A DNA stretch of 64,000 nucleotides, taken from positions 868,001-932,000 of the forward strand of contig NW_027590140.1 in NCBI RefSeq assembly GCF_964213995.1. Direction: 5' to 3'. The notes below the pieces were generated by a model. That model was not told the origin of the DNA, did not search any database, and was given only the letters and a program-made list of their open reading frames with translations. Below, piece by piece: positions 51,953-63,235 of the stretch. The DNA is from Mustelus asterias. Its lineage: Eukaryota. Both the position numbers and the translations under genes were made by a program. Position 1 is the stretch's first letter. Every line of letters starts with the position of its first letter.

Positions 51953-52837
51953 AGTGAAAAAGCAGATAAATGGATGACTTCCAAGTCCATATCGCGAGCA
52001 AAGTGAACATTCTTCAATTTAGGAATTTGCCAGTTAAGAGCGCTGCAGCTGTGAGGATTTCTTAAAGCCAACATGTTCACAGAACCAATGCTGGATGTGA
52101 ACTCAGCAAGTTGAAGCTTAATTGCTCGATTTCAGATTTCACAAGATGTTGAGTAATATCCGACCTCACTTGCGATTGAATCATTCCTGACAGAACCAAC
52201 AGGAGATCCCGAATCAGCTCACGATTCCTTTGTCCTACATTTCATCCAACCAGCTCACAGTGTGTTTGTTCTTTAAAACATGACGTCAGAGGGAGGAGCA
52301 CGGAACTATTTGAATCTGTTCTCAGAACAATGCACTGGGCAGAAGGACATCAGAGAATAGGGAATAGGAACTGGAGTGAACGTTTAGTTCCTTCACTCGG
52401 GCCCGCTACCGCCGTTCAACAAGACCATGGTGGATTTACCGCACATACACCTTCCTGCATATCCCCATATTTCTTATTTGCCTTAATATCCATCAATCTA
52501 TGCCACCCTGCTTGAATAAACTACGTCTCTCTGATGGAGAATAGTAATGTTGGGTATTAAAAACAATTTTGTTTCTTTATCAGAGTTAATCTTTGCTTCG
52601 TTCACTTATGGGTAACAGTTCATGTTGTTTCCATAACAGCACCAGAGCTTCCCCGTTCTTGAAATGCTCGGAAACAGATATGATGACGGATTTTACAGAG
52701 AGCGACACACATTCAGCGCCGCAGAAATAAAGCATTCGAGCAAGTTGGCCTTTTTAAATGTGTTTCCGTTATATTAACAGTTCACAATCCAGGGTCACAG
52801 GTCTGATACAGTGAGACGAGGTGAGAGTGCCTTTGCT

Positions 52838-52876
52838 GTTTTTTGTACGGACTGACTGTGCCTCTGTAACAGTGTG
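52838..52876 (-). promoter_or_regulatory. 23-spacer recombination signal sequence
   Basis: CACACTG - 23 nt - ACAAAAAAC on the minus strand, abutting the V coding end. Confidence 0.9.
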
Positions 52877-53172
52877 GGGATCAGCGCACAGTGATACACG
52901 GCAGAGTCAGAGAGACAGACCCGGGTGATATTTAACGGAACCGTTTTCTTGTCTTGCTCCAAATCAGCAGAAAACCGGTCAAGGAAATCGGTAGAATTAT
53001 CCCCCCTTCCCTTTGCCGTAACTCCTCAGTAAATATCTCAGAGCTTTCCCAAGACACTGGATGTACCAGAAGGGAGTATTGCCTGCATATTTTGTTTCGT
53101 AACTGCAGTTCAGTATTACCGTCTGTCCTTCCTCAACCGTAATTCAGGCGGCTCCTGGGAAACTGACTCCTG

Positions 53173-53497
53173 TAGGTTTATTTGGTAGCAAAAGCCACAC
53201 AAGCTTTCGGAGCTCCAAGCCTCTTTTTCAGGTGAGTGGGAATTCTGTTCACAAACAGGGCATATAAAGACACAGACTCAATTTACATGAATAATGGTTG
53301 CATTATTCATGTAAATTGAGTCTGTGTCTTTATATGCCCTGTTTGTGAACAGAATTCCCACTCACCTGAAGAAGGGGCTTGGAGCTCCGAAAGCTTGTGT
53401 GGCTTTTGCTACCAAATAAACCTGTTGGACTTTAACCTGGTGTTGTTAAACTTCTTACTGTGTTCACCCCAGTCCAACGCCGGCATCTCCACATCAT
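53173..53497. mobile_element. Penelope-derived fold-back insertion with hammerhead motif, inside a V exon
   Basis: 12-bp TSD aactgactcctg (53161-53172 and 53498-53509); inverted arms ~53174-53295 and ~53301-53422. Confidence 0.88.
53358..53402 (+). ncRNA. Minimal type I hammerhead ribozyme motif
   Basis: cac-CTGAAGA-a-ggggc/gctcc (stem II)-GAAA-gc-TT-gtg, with palindromic AGCT as helix III. Confidence 0.6.
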
Positions 53498-54379
53498 AAC
53501 TGACTCCTGGCCATTGGTTCCTGTAACATGATATGGAATGTGTGAGAAATCTGTGAGTGAATATAATCCATGAAACGCACACTGTGAGGATTTGAGCTCA
53601 GACTCACGGGGCAGAATGGCCATTATTATCAGTAAAGCACACAGGTAACACATGGCCCCTGATTGCACAGTAAACAACGACATTATTTAAAATATGTTGC
53701 TGCATGGAGTCTTATATCACAGAGTGACCTCAGATCAGAGGCGGCTCCTCTTATCGGGACATTGAAGGGCGTTTCTTCGTGCTGCAATTGGCTGGTTTCT
53801 CAGCTCTGAAGTCAGCTGAGGGCCAGTCACGGTTAGTTGTGGGTATAATGGGTGACTCTCCAATCACATTCCATCCCTGGCTGTGTCTATCTCTTTCACA
53901 TTCTCTTGCTCTATCTCACATTGTCAGCCATTTGTCACTTTCTCGGTTTGAATCCCTTTCCTCTGAACTGCGTGTCCATCCCTTTCGCCCTAATGAAGGT
54001 AGAAGGTGAAATAAATATATTAACGTAAGTCTCAATGCGCCGATGGGCCTTTTCTGCGTTGTATACTTCTCTGATTCTATCACTATATGACTCAATTCAC
54101 AGGGATAGATTGTCAGCTGATCCAGAAATTTTACATGCACAGATTGATTAAGTTATTCATCCAGGAGATCTGCGGGTCTGTGCGAATGGGATCGGGAAAT
54201 GATTGAATTCCATCCTAGAGTAATATGTAATCTTTACCAACAGTGACAATCATTGACTTCAACGAAAGAAAGCCTCTCAGATGGCGCTGCATTGATGCCT
54301 TCATTATCTGTACATATTATATGAAATTCAACCCCATGCGTTGTCCTGATCTCAAACTCTTGATTATCAATCAGCACCT

Positions 54380-54418
54380 GGATTTTGTATGAGGCCCGCG
54401 GAAGGCTCATTCACTGTG
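54380..54418 (-). promoter_or_regulatory. 23-spacer RSS
   Basis: CACAGTG - 23 nt - ACAAAATCC on the minus strand. Confidence 0.92.
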
Positions 54419-54884
54419 GGTCCCAGTGCGCAGTCGTACACGGCGCTGTCTGTCATCTCCAAATTTTCACACCTCCGGTTGAGGTTCCCGCTGAGGCGTT
54501 AAAAGCCGGGAGCTGCCTTCTTATTCCCTTAAGTATCGGCTCTAAGCAGATACTTAGGAGCTTGCTGTGGATACAGGCGATAGCAGCACTGGCCATATGC
54601 TCTCGCTGAACTCGGAACAGAGTACGTGCAGGGAATTGCTGATTCTTCACCCTCTGCTGCTCCAACTCCTGTTTCTGACTGGTACACTGAGACTCCATCA
54701 TTCATCTTTGAAAAGGAACAGCACACAAACGACGGTAGAAGGAGTAACATGAGGAGGTTGAATACCCAGAGATAGAAATGATTTAAATATAAGGAAATGG
54801 GGAATTTAGAGCAAAGGTTCAAATTGACCGACCTGTGATTCGGACAGAAACCAGAGGCAGACATGGTTGCAGTCTGAAATCCAG
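54419..54884 (-). pseudogene. TCR alpha/delta-type V pseudogene (decayed leader ~54884-54833; V exon ~54707-54419)
   Basis: GVSVYQSE..AEGEESAIPCTYS..CCYRLYPQQAPKYLL..*..*..LEMTDSAVYDCALG. The conserved Trp is lost, there are two in-frame stops, and the leader lacks an ATG. Confidence 0.88.
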
Positions 54885-55799
54885 AAACAGAGACAGTGAC
54901 TGCACTAGATCTGCAATTGACATTTGCACCAGCCGGAAACAAATGCGATTTTTTCTCCCCACCCATTTTCATGTCTGCAAACAATGGCGTTCTCGAGAAG
55001 GGGATCGTGACCTCTAATAATCGGAGAGCGCCCTCCTGTGGACACCATGACCATATGTTGGAAACAGATACACACGTGCACAGATATACACGTATAGAGA
55101 CCACATTTGTCAGGGACAAAGGAGGACAGCACAATAAGTTTGCTTCCGTGGGTGCCGTGTAGAAATAAATGACCTGTGCACACATCGTGCATGTTCACAA
55201 GCAACTCATTGAGAGTGCAGCGTTGTTACACTGAAGAAAATAAGGCGGATTCCATGTGTTGAAGTAAATCCATTAAATTCTGCGCGTTCAATCCGAAAGT
55301 TTCAACGGAGAGGAGGCACAAGATGAAAAGCTTGTGACCAGCGTAGAAATATTTTGACTAATTTCGAGAATGAAACTTTTGTTTTATAAAATCTTCTGGC
55401 ATTCATATTTGGTGGATGTATTTACGTTCACAATCGTGTCGATCTGTCTATTCCACTATATATGCACTTGTATTTATCAATCTGTTGTTGCACCAATTCT
55501 CTCTGTATATCGGGACCGACGTGTCTATGTCTTTAGGTGTTTCACGCATCCCGACAAGCTCTCAAAAGCACACCACTCTATCTCTGAAATTGCCAGCTTA
55601 TCTATTCATCCATTTATCCATCCATTGACAACTGATGTCTGCTTTGCTTCAGGCGCCTGAATACCACCGAATCAATAAAAAAATAAAAATAACAGCGTAT
55701 GTTTAGAAAATGATATGAAAGCGCGTGGAGGGGCTTGGTTTTTCCCTTTATTTATCTCAGCCTCTGAATTGTTTGTTGGAACATTTGTTAGGAACAGTA

Positions 55800-56490
55800 A
55801 CATAAAGAGGAATCTGGACGTGCAGGTCCACAGTTCCCTAAAAGTGGTAACACAGGTGGCCAAGTTGCTGAAGGAGGCATATGGCATGTTTGCCTTCATC
55901 AGCCAGGGAATTGAGTACATGAGTTGGAAAATCATGTTCCAGCTACATAAACCTTGGTTCGGCCGCATTTCGAGTATTACGTGCAGTTTTGGTCCTCACA
56001 CAATCAGAAGGACATGGAAGCTTTGGAGAGAGTGCAAATAAGGTTCACCAGGATGTTGCCTGGTCTCGGGGGGTGTTGGCAATGATGAGAGGTTGAATAA
56101 ACTAAGATTGTTTTCACTGGAAAGGTGGAGGCTGAGCGGAGACCTGATAAACTCGACAAAATTATGAGAGGAATAGGCAGGGTGGATAGTCGGGTTTTCT
56201 TTACTTCTGGTGGAATTGCGAATTGCAAAGGGTCAGAGGTTCTAGGTGAGATGGGGAAAGTTCAAGGGAGATGTGAGGGGAAGGTTTTTCACACAGAGAG
56301 TGATGGGCGCCTGGAACGCGCTGCCAGAGAACATGGTGGAAGTGGGCACATGAGCAACATTTAACAGGAATCTGAATGGCTGCATGGATAGGGAGGGAAT
56401 AGAAGGATAAGGCAGAAGGTTTTGTTTTCGTTAGGGCATCATGATTGGGACATTCGTGGAGGGCCGAAGGTTCTGTTTCTGTGCTGTACT
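55800..56490 (+). mobile_element. Old CR1 3' fragment
   Basis: RNLDVQVHSSLKV..EAYGMFAFI; aggttcaccaggatgttgcc. Confidence 0.8.
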
Positions 56491-56631
56491 TTTCTTCGTT
56501 TTCTGCTGTTCTTGAAATAACCGTACACTTTTGTTTGCAGATGCTTAATAATATGTCCAAATGCAGTTGCAAGAATTGCATATTTTCAGTGAAAGACGGA
56601 AATAAGTTGCACGTACTTATAGCCTTTCAAA

Positions 56632-56900
56632 GTTAAAGTTTATTTATTAGTCACAAGTAAGGCTTACATTAACACTACAATGAAGTTACTGTTAAGATTC
56701 CCTAGTCGCCACACTCTGGTGCCTTTTCGGGTCAATGCACCTTACCAGCACATCTTTCAGACTGTGGGAGACAACCAGAGTACCCGGTGGAAACCGAAGC
56801 AGGCATGGGGCGAATATGCAAACTCCACACAGACAGTACCCAAGCCGGAATCGAGCCCGGGTCCCTGAGCGGCGGAGTTAACCACTCTGCCAGCATGCCA
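56632..56900 (-). mobile_element. HE1-like SINE
   Basis: Same family pattern as 19730-20035. Confidence 0.75.
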
Positions 56901-57628
56901 CAAGTTCATTGCACAACAATGTTCTTTTGAGCTGCATATGTTATATGCAATATATAACATATTACGCTGTTGTATAATGTATAACAGTTATACATTATAA
57001 CTGTTATAATGTGTAGAATATAAGCTGTAAGAGCCATTCGGTCCATCGATTCTGCGCTGTCATTGAATAATATCATGACTGATCTGATGTGATAATCCTT
57101 AACACTATTTTCCTGCCTTATCCCTATGAAATTTGATTCACTTACTGATTAAAATCTGTTTACCTCAGCCCTGAATATACTTAAGGACCAAACCTTCTCA
57201 AACTTCAGCGTAAATAATTCCACAAATTACTGTCCTATCAGAAGAAATTCCTCCTCATATCTGTCTTCGATGGGCACCCTCTTAATGTGAGATCATGTTC
57301 TCTGGTCCTGGGCTCTCCCTCAAGGTGAATCAACCTCAATGCATCTACCCTTTCAAATCCCTTATTAGGAATCGGATATGTTAATTAGACATTAAACTGC
57401 GTCTCATCTTAATTTGAAATCAACCTCCTCAGGACAATTAGAGTTTCGTTTGTCTTTCGGGTCTATTCAAGATCCAATATCCAGTTGGATATATGTTAGC
57501 AGGTATATATGCTGCTCTCTACTCAATGGGATGGGGTGTTAACCTTCATATTTCCTGGAAATAAACATGCACTTATAAAGGAGCATTAGAGCACTCAGCG
57601 CCATTGCCCACGGTTCTAGATGATTTAC

Positions 57629-57735
57629 TGCAGGAAGTGACATCAGATAAGCTCCGCAGGCATTGTATTTTTGCAGGAAGTGACATCGACCCAGTCCAAA
57701 CTCTGAGGATGTATTGTCCTGTAGGCGGTTACATC
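57629..57735 (+). promoter_or_regulatory. V-gene promoter: repeated Ets + CRE/decamer module
   Basis: TGCAGGAAGTGACATC at 57629 and 57672, and degenerate TGTAGGCGGTTACATC at 57720. The first copy contains AGTGACATCA followed by GATAA. The repeats lie 70-180 bp upstream of the leader ATG. Confidence 0.7.
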
Positions 57736-57806
57736 TGCTGTTATTTATTGAATATTCTGCAGCTTTCCCAGATATGAAAACTCCTCAGAATTCCGGAGCG
57801 GCAGCA

Positions 57807-57852
57807 ATGCGTCTCCCGGTTCTCGCTTTGGTGTGGATGACATTGATTGTGG
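57807..57852 (+). CDS. Leader exon of an intact TCR alpha/delta-type V segment
   Basis: MRLPVLALVWMTLIV followed by donor G|gtaaga (phase 1), in frame with 58470. Confidence 0.88.
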
Positions 57853-58469
57853 GTAAGAAGATCAAAACGTGAAAAACGTTTGAAAAGCAAAGAGCTCATT
57901 TTAATCTTGTGTCTAAACTTGGTTAGACCCAACTATGAGTGTTAGGACAATAATATAAATACAAAGGTGAAAACAGAAAATGCGATTTGTCAGGATGAAA
58001 TCAGATTTCAGGTTAAAAAAATACTATCTGAAATTATTGCATATATTATTGCATATGTTCTTATCGCAAGGAAAGGAAGCAATGCGTCAGCCTAGTGGAG
58101 GTTTTTGAAAAGCTGAAGATCTTTCAGAAATTAATCGTGCGAAGGATCTTCCCCCAAATTTGGACGATTTTAAAATGAGGAATCTAAAATTTATCAATGA
58201 GCCCGAGAGAGATTTCAGGAAAAACTGCCCAACCCATACTCTCATGTGGAAATCACTATCAGAGAGTGGGTTGTTTTTATTAATGCAATTAAAGGGAAAA
58301 TAAATGAAAAGATTATGGGCAAAGGAGTGGGAGGAAATTTTCGGTGCGTGAGATGAAGAGGATTTCAGGATGTTCTCTGAAGTACTAACGAGCCCACCGA
58401 AGATTTATTCTAGGCTTTCGTTCTATCTGACTTAATAAAGAACTGACCACCATTTTTTCCCCGTCCCAG

Positions 58470-58773
58470 ATCTGAGCGATGAAGATTCTGTTACTCAGCG
58501 GGAATCCTCACTCACACAGACAGAGGGAGAAGTTGTCACTTTAACCTGCACCTATACCGGCAATAATTTTTATTTGTTCTGGTACCGTCAGTATCAAGGC
58601 AGACAGCCCGAGTTTGCAGTCCGGAGATATACCGACGGCCGTTCCGAATTGAAGGCGAATTTCGCTCAGAGCCGGTTTTCTGATTCAGTGCAGCAGTCAG
58701 TGAAGTTGTACCGATTGACCATCCCGGAGCTGGTGCTGTCTGACACCGCGGTCTATTACTGTGCACTCAGACT
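58470..58773 (+). CDS. TCR alpha/delta-type V exon, intact
   Basis: Acceptor ttttttccccgtcccag|. DLSDEDSVTQRESSLTQTEGEVVTLTCTYTGNNFYLFWYRQYQGRQPEF...RFSDSV...LVLSDTAVYYCALR; both Cys, WYRQ and YYC are present with no stops. Confidence 0.95.
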
Positions 58774-58812
58774 CACAGTGATGGAAACGAGTGAAATCCT
58801 CGTACAAAAACT
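58774..58812 (+). promoter_or_regulatory. 23-spacer RSS (near consensus)
   Basis: CACAGTG - 23 nt - ACAAAAACT. Confidence 0.95.
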
Positions 58813-59369
58813 GCCACAGGTTTCTGATTCACAGCTGTTGTCTGTTGGGAACTGTTTACAACAGCGGATCTGACACTGTCACGTGAATACATTCCCGTGA
58901 GCGCAGATATCGAACGCAATCAAACGGAAAACTTCCTCCCACTCCTTTGCCCATAATCTTTTCATTTAGTTTCCCTTAATTACATTTATAATAATCACCC
59001 CAACTCTCCCTGTGATCGTGATTTCCACATTAGTGATACAATTTAAAACAATTCACATTGAATCCTGACTCTGTCCGATGGTTGCATTCATTGTGTGAGG
59101 GCGGAATTTGCTGTTCACCATCCACATTAACAAAATAAACTCCAGCCTTTTTCCCAAAACTAGTTCTTTCTGTTTAGCTGCTTCACTGTACAAAGAGAAG
59201 CTAGATAATATGATATGATCATAATATATAGACTGATTAAATATTCCACAATGTTAAAACACTTGAAGTCGGATATTATTACAAAGGATAGTGACTATAT
59301 TTATACTACAACAGATCTTGTCTCGGTTGCTCCTGCAATAAAGTAGTATGAGCATATCTATGACTATTT

Positions 59370-60290
59370 CAATCCATTGAGAGGGTGAAGAGGCGATTTA
59401 CCGGGGTGCAGCTTGAGCTGGAGGTTCTGAGCTATGAGGAAAGATTGAATGGGCTGGGGCTGTTTTCCTTGGAGCAGCGAAGTTTGAGAGGGGACCATGA
59501 GATCATGAAGGACATAGGTACGGAGGATTGGAGCGCACTTTTTTCCCATCAGTAGAGGGGTCAGTATGCAGGGGCATATATTTAAGCCAAGTGGTAGAAC
59601 GGATTCGAGAAGAAGCTTTTCCACGGAGAGATGGTGGGAGTCTGGAACTCAATTAACCCTCCATGGCAATGACCCAAGCGATAGAATATAGGATTAGCGT
59701 CATCAGATCTTTGTTGATCAGCATGGACAGAAGCCAAATTGCCCCCTTCTGTGCTGTAAATATCTCTGAATATAAGAATCCGTCGTCATTTCCCTGGGCA
59801 GCAGCATGGGAAACACGGAAAGCTTTTACTACGCAGGAGAATATCTCGTGACTGGGCAGACTGGGTATAAATGTTGAGCTGAATGGCCTCCTTCTGTTTT
59901 GTAAGTGTCCATGTAAGTCTGAATCTAGGCTTTCATTGCATATCGGTCAGGGGACGAGGAGGTGATCTAGTTGAAGCATACAATTCACAAAGAGCTTCAC
60001 AGGGCAGTTTTTGACAGATGCTTTCCCCTGCCTGTGAAATTCTGTGCTCACATTCTCTAAATTCAATGATCATGAGATGAATTGCATAGGAATTCTTCAG
60101 TCAAAGCGTTATGAATGATGGGAATCTTCCATCTCCACGAGTTCTTTATACCAGATCGTTTGAATATTGGGTGCAAAGAGAGTTTAGGAATTTGGGGAGA
60201 GGGTGAGAAGGTGGAGTTCACGTAGAAGACCGGCGTGGAGGAGCAGTCTGGAAGGGTGAAACCGTCCAAAACTGCTCTCATTGTTTAAAT
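59370..60290 (+). mobile_element. Old CR1 3' fragments
   Basis: Degenerate CR1 3' motifs (gctatgaggaaagattg, ttttccttggagcag, gaatggcctccttctg). Confidence 0.65.
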
Positions 60291-60614
60291 AATGCACGGT
60301 TACTAATGAAAAAAAAATGAAATTTCACGATAAGTGTTGTCTGCAAAATTAAACAGGAAATTCAACATTGTGAACAATGGTCTCGCCAGTTTCCTCAATC
60401 ATCAGCAAAGTAATGGATGTCTTTGACAGTACGAGCAGGTGGCACTTTATTTGCAATAATTTGCGCACTGATGCTCTGTTTGGGTTCCATCACAGTCACT
60501 CGGCTTTCGATCTCATTGTAATTTTGGTCCATATAAAAGCGTAAGAGTTGAAATCCAGATGTGAGGGGAGAGCGATTTCACTTAACTTAAAGGCAGCCGT
60601 TGATCGTGTGGCAT

Positions 60615-60930
60615 TACGGATGGCACAATGACACAGTGGTTGGTGCTGCTGCCTCACAGCACCAGGGACCAAAGTTCAATTCCAGGAGTTTGCACGTTCT
60701 CCCTGAGTCTGTGTGGGTTTCCTCCGGGTGCTCCGGTTCCCTCTCAAAGTTTAAATACGTGCGGGTTAGTTTAATTGCCATCCTAATTTGCCCCGCAGTG
60801 TCAGGGGAACTGGCAGAGTAAACATGTATGGTTACGTTGATACGGCCTGAGTGGGATTGTTGCTGTTGCAGACTTGATGGCCGAATAGCCTCATTCTGCA
60901 CTATAGGGATTCTATGATTCTATGATTCTA
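60615..60930 (+). mobile_element. HE1-like SINE
   Basis: cacagtggttggtgctgctgcctcacagc head and (gattctat)n tail. Confidence 0.8.
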
Positions 60931-60989
60931 AGAATCAAAATTGGTATCAATCGGAATCATGAGCCTATATCCAGTTCAAATGAAGATGG

Positions 60990-61830
60990 AGGCAAACAAA
61001 CCCTGCCTGTCGCAGAATTTTGTTGCAAGAGTTCCTCAAGGCAGCGTTCGTGACCCAAAGATATTCACCTGCTTCATCAATGACCTTCCTTCCATTATAA
61101 GATTAGGCATCGTTGCCGACGATTCCACAATGCTCTGAAGCATTCCGGACTTCTGAGAAAAATAAATCGTCGATTTTGGCATGTAGCGATAGCAATGGTC
61201 GATAGGTGGCAGATATCATTCGCGCCACAAAAAATGTCAATCAATGATCATTTCCAACAAGAGGGTTTCTAATATTCTACGATTTCGTGTTAACTACATT
61301 TCCATCGCTGAATCCCCCACCATCTACACTCTGGAAGCTAACATTGATCGACCTTTAAAACACTGGCTTCAAGAACATGTCAGGCATTGAGAATTTCCCC
61401 GACTCCCCAAAGCCTGACCGCTAACTGCAAAGCAGTCAAGAACGCGATGACATTGTTTCTACCTACCTGGACAACTGAATCTCCAGCAATCCCCAAATGC
61501 TCGACATCAGCCACAGCTCCTTGATTGCTACCCCGCCTACCACCTTAAACATTCACTCCTTCCATTAAAGGCACACGATGATAGCAGATAGCAGCATTAT
61601 GCAAGGTGGAATGCAGCAATTCGCCAACAGCACTTCGACAGCACATTACAAACCCGCGGCCCCTACCGCCCAGAAAGAGAAACACAACAGCGGCACGGGA
61701 ACAACATCATCTACAAATTCCCGAACAAGAGTGCAGCTGTATAGAATGGCAACTCACTCATTCCTGTTTAAGGTCAACTAGGGATGAGCAACACATTCTA
61801 GCATCATCTGAGATGATGAAATCCTTTAGA
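60990..61830 (+). mobile_element. Old CR1/L2-group LINE RT fragment
   Basis: RVPQGSVRDPKIFTCFINDLPS..VADDST. Confidence 0.65.
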
Positions 61831-62143
61831 TGTGTGAACACAAATTTAACATTTGAGGGGGAGTCGCCGTTCCCAAAAAAATTAAACTAAGGGAATTTAA
61901 GAGTACAAAATACCCTGGAATAAAACCGAAAGCTCGAGCTATGGGCACAATATAACCAGACAGTGTTTCATATTCACGCTGTTCTTTCCTTCCGAAGTCA
62001 CGAACACAAAATGAGTAATGTCTGTCACTCAGCACGGGTAACTGGCTCAGCACCCACCGGCCTCACAGTGCTCCCAGCGATACAGAAAGTGAGATGTCTC
62101 CTGAAGATTACCCCATTCCCATTTTACATTGCGGAGAGTGGCA

Positions 62144-62602
62144 ATGCAGCTGCTCAGCACCTGGGTTGTGTGGGTAGGATGCATGACAGGTAATTCATGA
62201 TTAAGTGCATTTCATCTTTTTTCTGATTTATCAAGCATGGTTCAAATCTTACCAACCTCTCGCCTGATCTGTTTCAGTGTGACTGCCATTTTTCCATATC
62301 TGATTCATGCGGATTCTGTCACCCAGCTTCTCTCCTCAGATGCTCAGGCAGAAGGAGAAGCGGTGGCAATGACGTGTACCTATGACATCACAAAGAGGAG
62401 TTACAGATTATATGGATACTGAGAGCGCCCAGAGTCTCAGCCTGAGTTAATCGTGTGGAAAAGGTCTGGGGCTCTAAATATCAAGCAGATTTTGCTATAA
62501 TCCGTTTGGCTGCTGAACTCCACACCGGAACTAAATTCATCATCTTAATCATCTCGTGTCTGCAGCTGACTGAGCCGGCGACTATTAATGCACTTTCAAT
62601 CT
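62144..62602 (+). pseudogene. TCR alpha/delta-type V pseudogene (leader 62144-62189; V exon 62298-62602)
   Basis: Leader MQLLSTWVVWVGCMT with donor G|gtaatt; acceptor mutated to CAT. V reads DSVTQLLSSDAQAEGEAVAMTCTY..LYGY*ERPESQPEL..QADFA, with a stop and frameshifts. Confidence 0.9.
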
Positions 62603-62641
62603 CACAGTAATAGAATACAGTCTTATCGCCGTCCAGAAACC
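62603..62641 (+). promoter_or_regulatory. Degenerate 23-spacer RSS
   Basis: CACAGTA - 23 nt - CCAGAAACC. Confidence 0.8.
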
Positions 62642-62919
62642 ATAAGTGGCAGCGCTTGCCTGCTGCGGGTTGTTTAGAATCGGGGGAAGATACAGCTTCA
62701 ATGAGCGGCGCCGCCGTCGGACACAGCGAGAGGAAACCAGATTAACCTCCGATCAAACTGTCACTCAACCGTTACGAGGAGCGGCTGAGAAAACAAACTG
62801 GCGAACCAATGGGACAGAGGCACAACACAGAATCTTATTTGAAATCATACACTCTCTTTCCAAGCCTCAACAAACCTCGGTCTTGTGAGATCTGTCAGGG
62901 GTGAATACAAGCATCCAAA

Positions 62920-63235
62920 CAGAGTGGCACAGTGGTTAGCACTGCTGCCTCAGAGCACCAGGCTTATGGGTTCGATTCCAGACTTGGGTCTCTGTCTGTG
63001 TGGCGATTGTACATTCTCACAGTGCCTGAGCGGGTTTCCTCCAAGTGCTCCGGTTTCCTCCCACAGTCCAAAAATCCGTGGGTTAGGTTAATTGGCCATG
63101 CTGAATTGCTCTTTATTGCCTTGGCTGTGTCGGCTAAAGGGCTGTTTGAGGTCGTGGAATAAGGCCCAAGGTGGGATTGTTGTCGGTGCAGACTTGATGG
63201 GCCGAATGGTCTCCTGCACAGTCGGGTTTCTGTGA
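62920..63235 (+). mobile_element. HE1-like SINE
   Basis: gtggcacagtggttagcactgctgcctc...ggttcgattcca head. Confidence 0.8.

Larger units (their letters stand above)
52877..53653 (-). pseudogene. TCR alpha/delta-type V pseudogene (leader 53653-53608; V exon 53520-52877)
   Basis: Leader MCYLCALLIIMAILP with donor C|gtgagt; acceptor ttacag|. V reads ESVSQEP..EEGQTVILNCSY..PFWYIQ..RFSADLE..LSDSAVYHCAL, with two frameshifts and a Penelope insertion. Confidence 0.92.

Noticed and set aside
54389-54411. Small hairpin within the RSS spacer
   Set aside because: It is short and imperfect, and not shared by the other three RSSs.
54380-54536. Possible U1 snRNA on the minus strand (starts ATACTTA)
   Set aside because: The match stops after 7 nt; the sequence is the 3' half of a V pseudogene plus its RSS.
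54529-55185. 218-aa ORF as a standalone gene
   Set aside because: It is chance read-through of upstream DNA, leader and intron into a V pseudogene exon.
58470-58773. Leaderless NAR-TCR supporting V-delta
   Set aside because: It has its own in-frame leader exon at 57807-57852 and no extra CDR1 cysteine.
20010-63000. Other CACAGTG/CACTGTG heptamers as D or J signals
   Set aside because: Those I noticed lie in SINE heads or lack a properly spaced nonamer. No FGxG J exon was recognised, though this was a by-eye search only.
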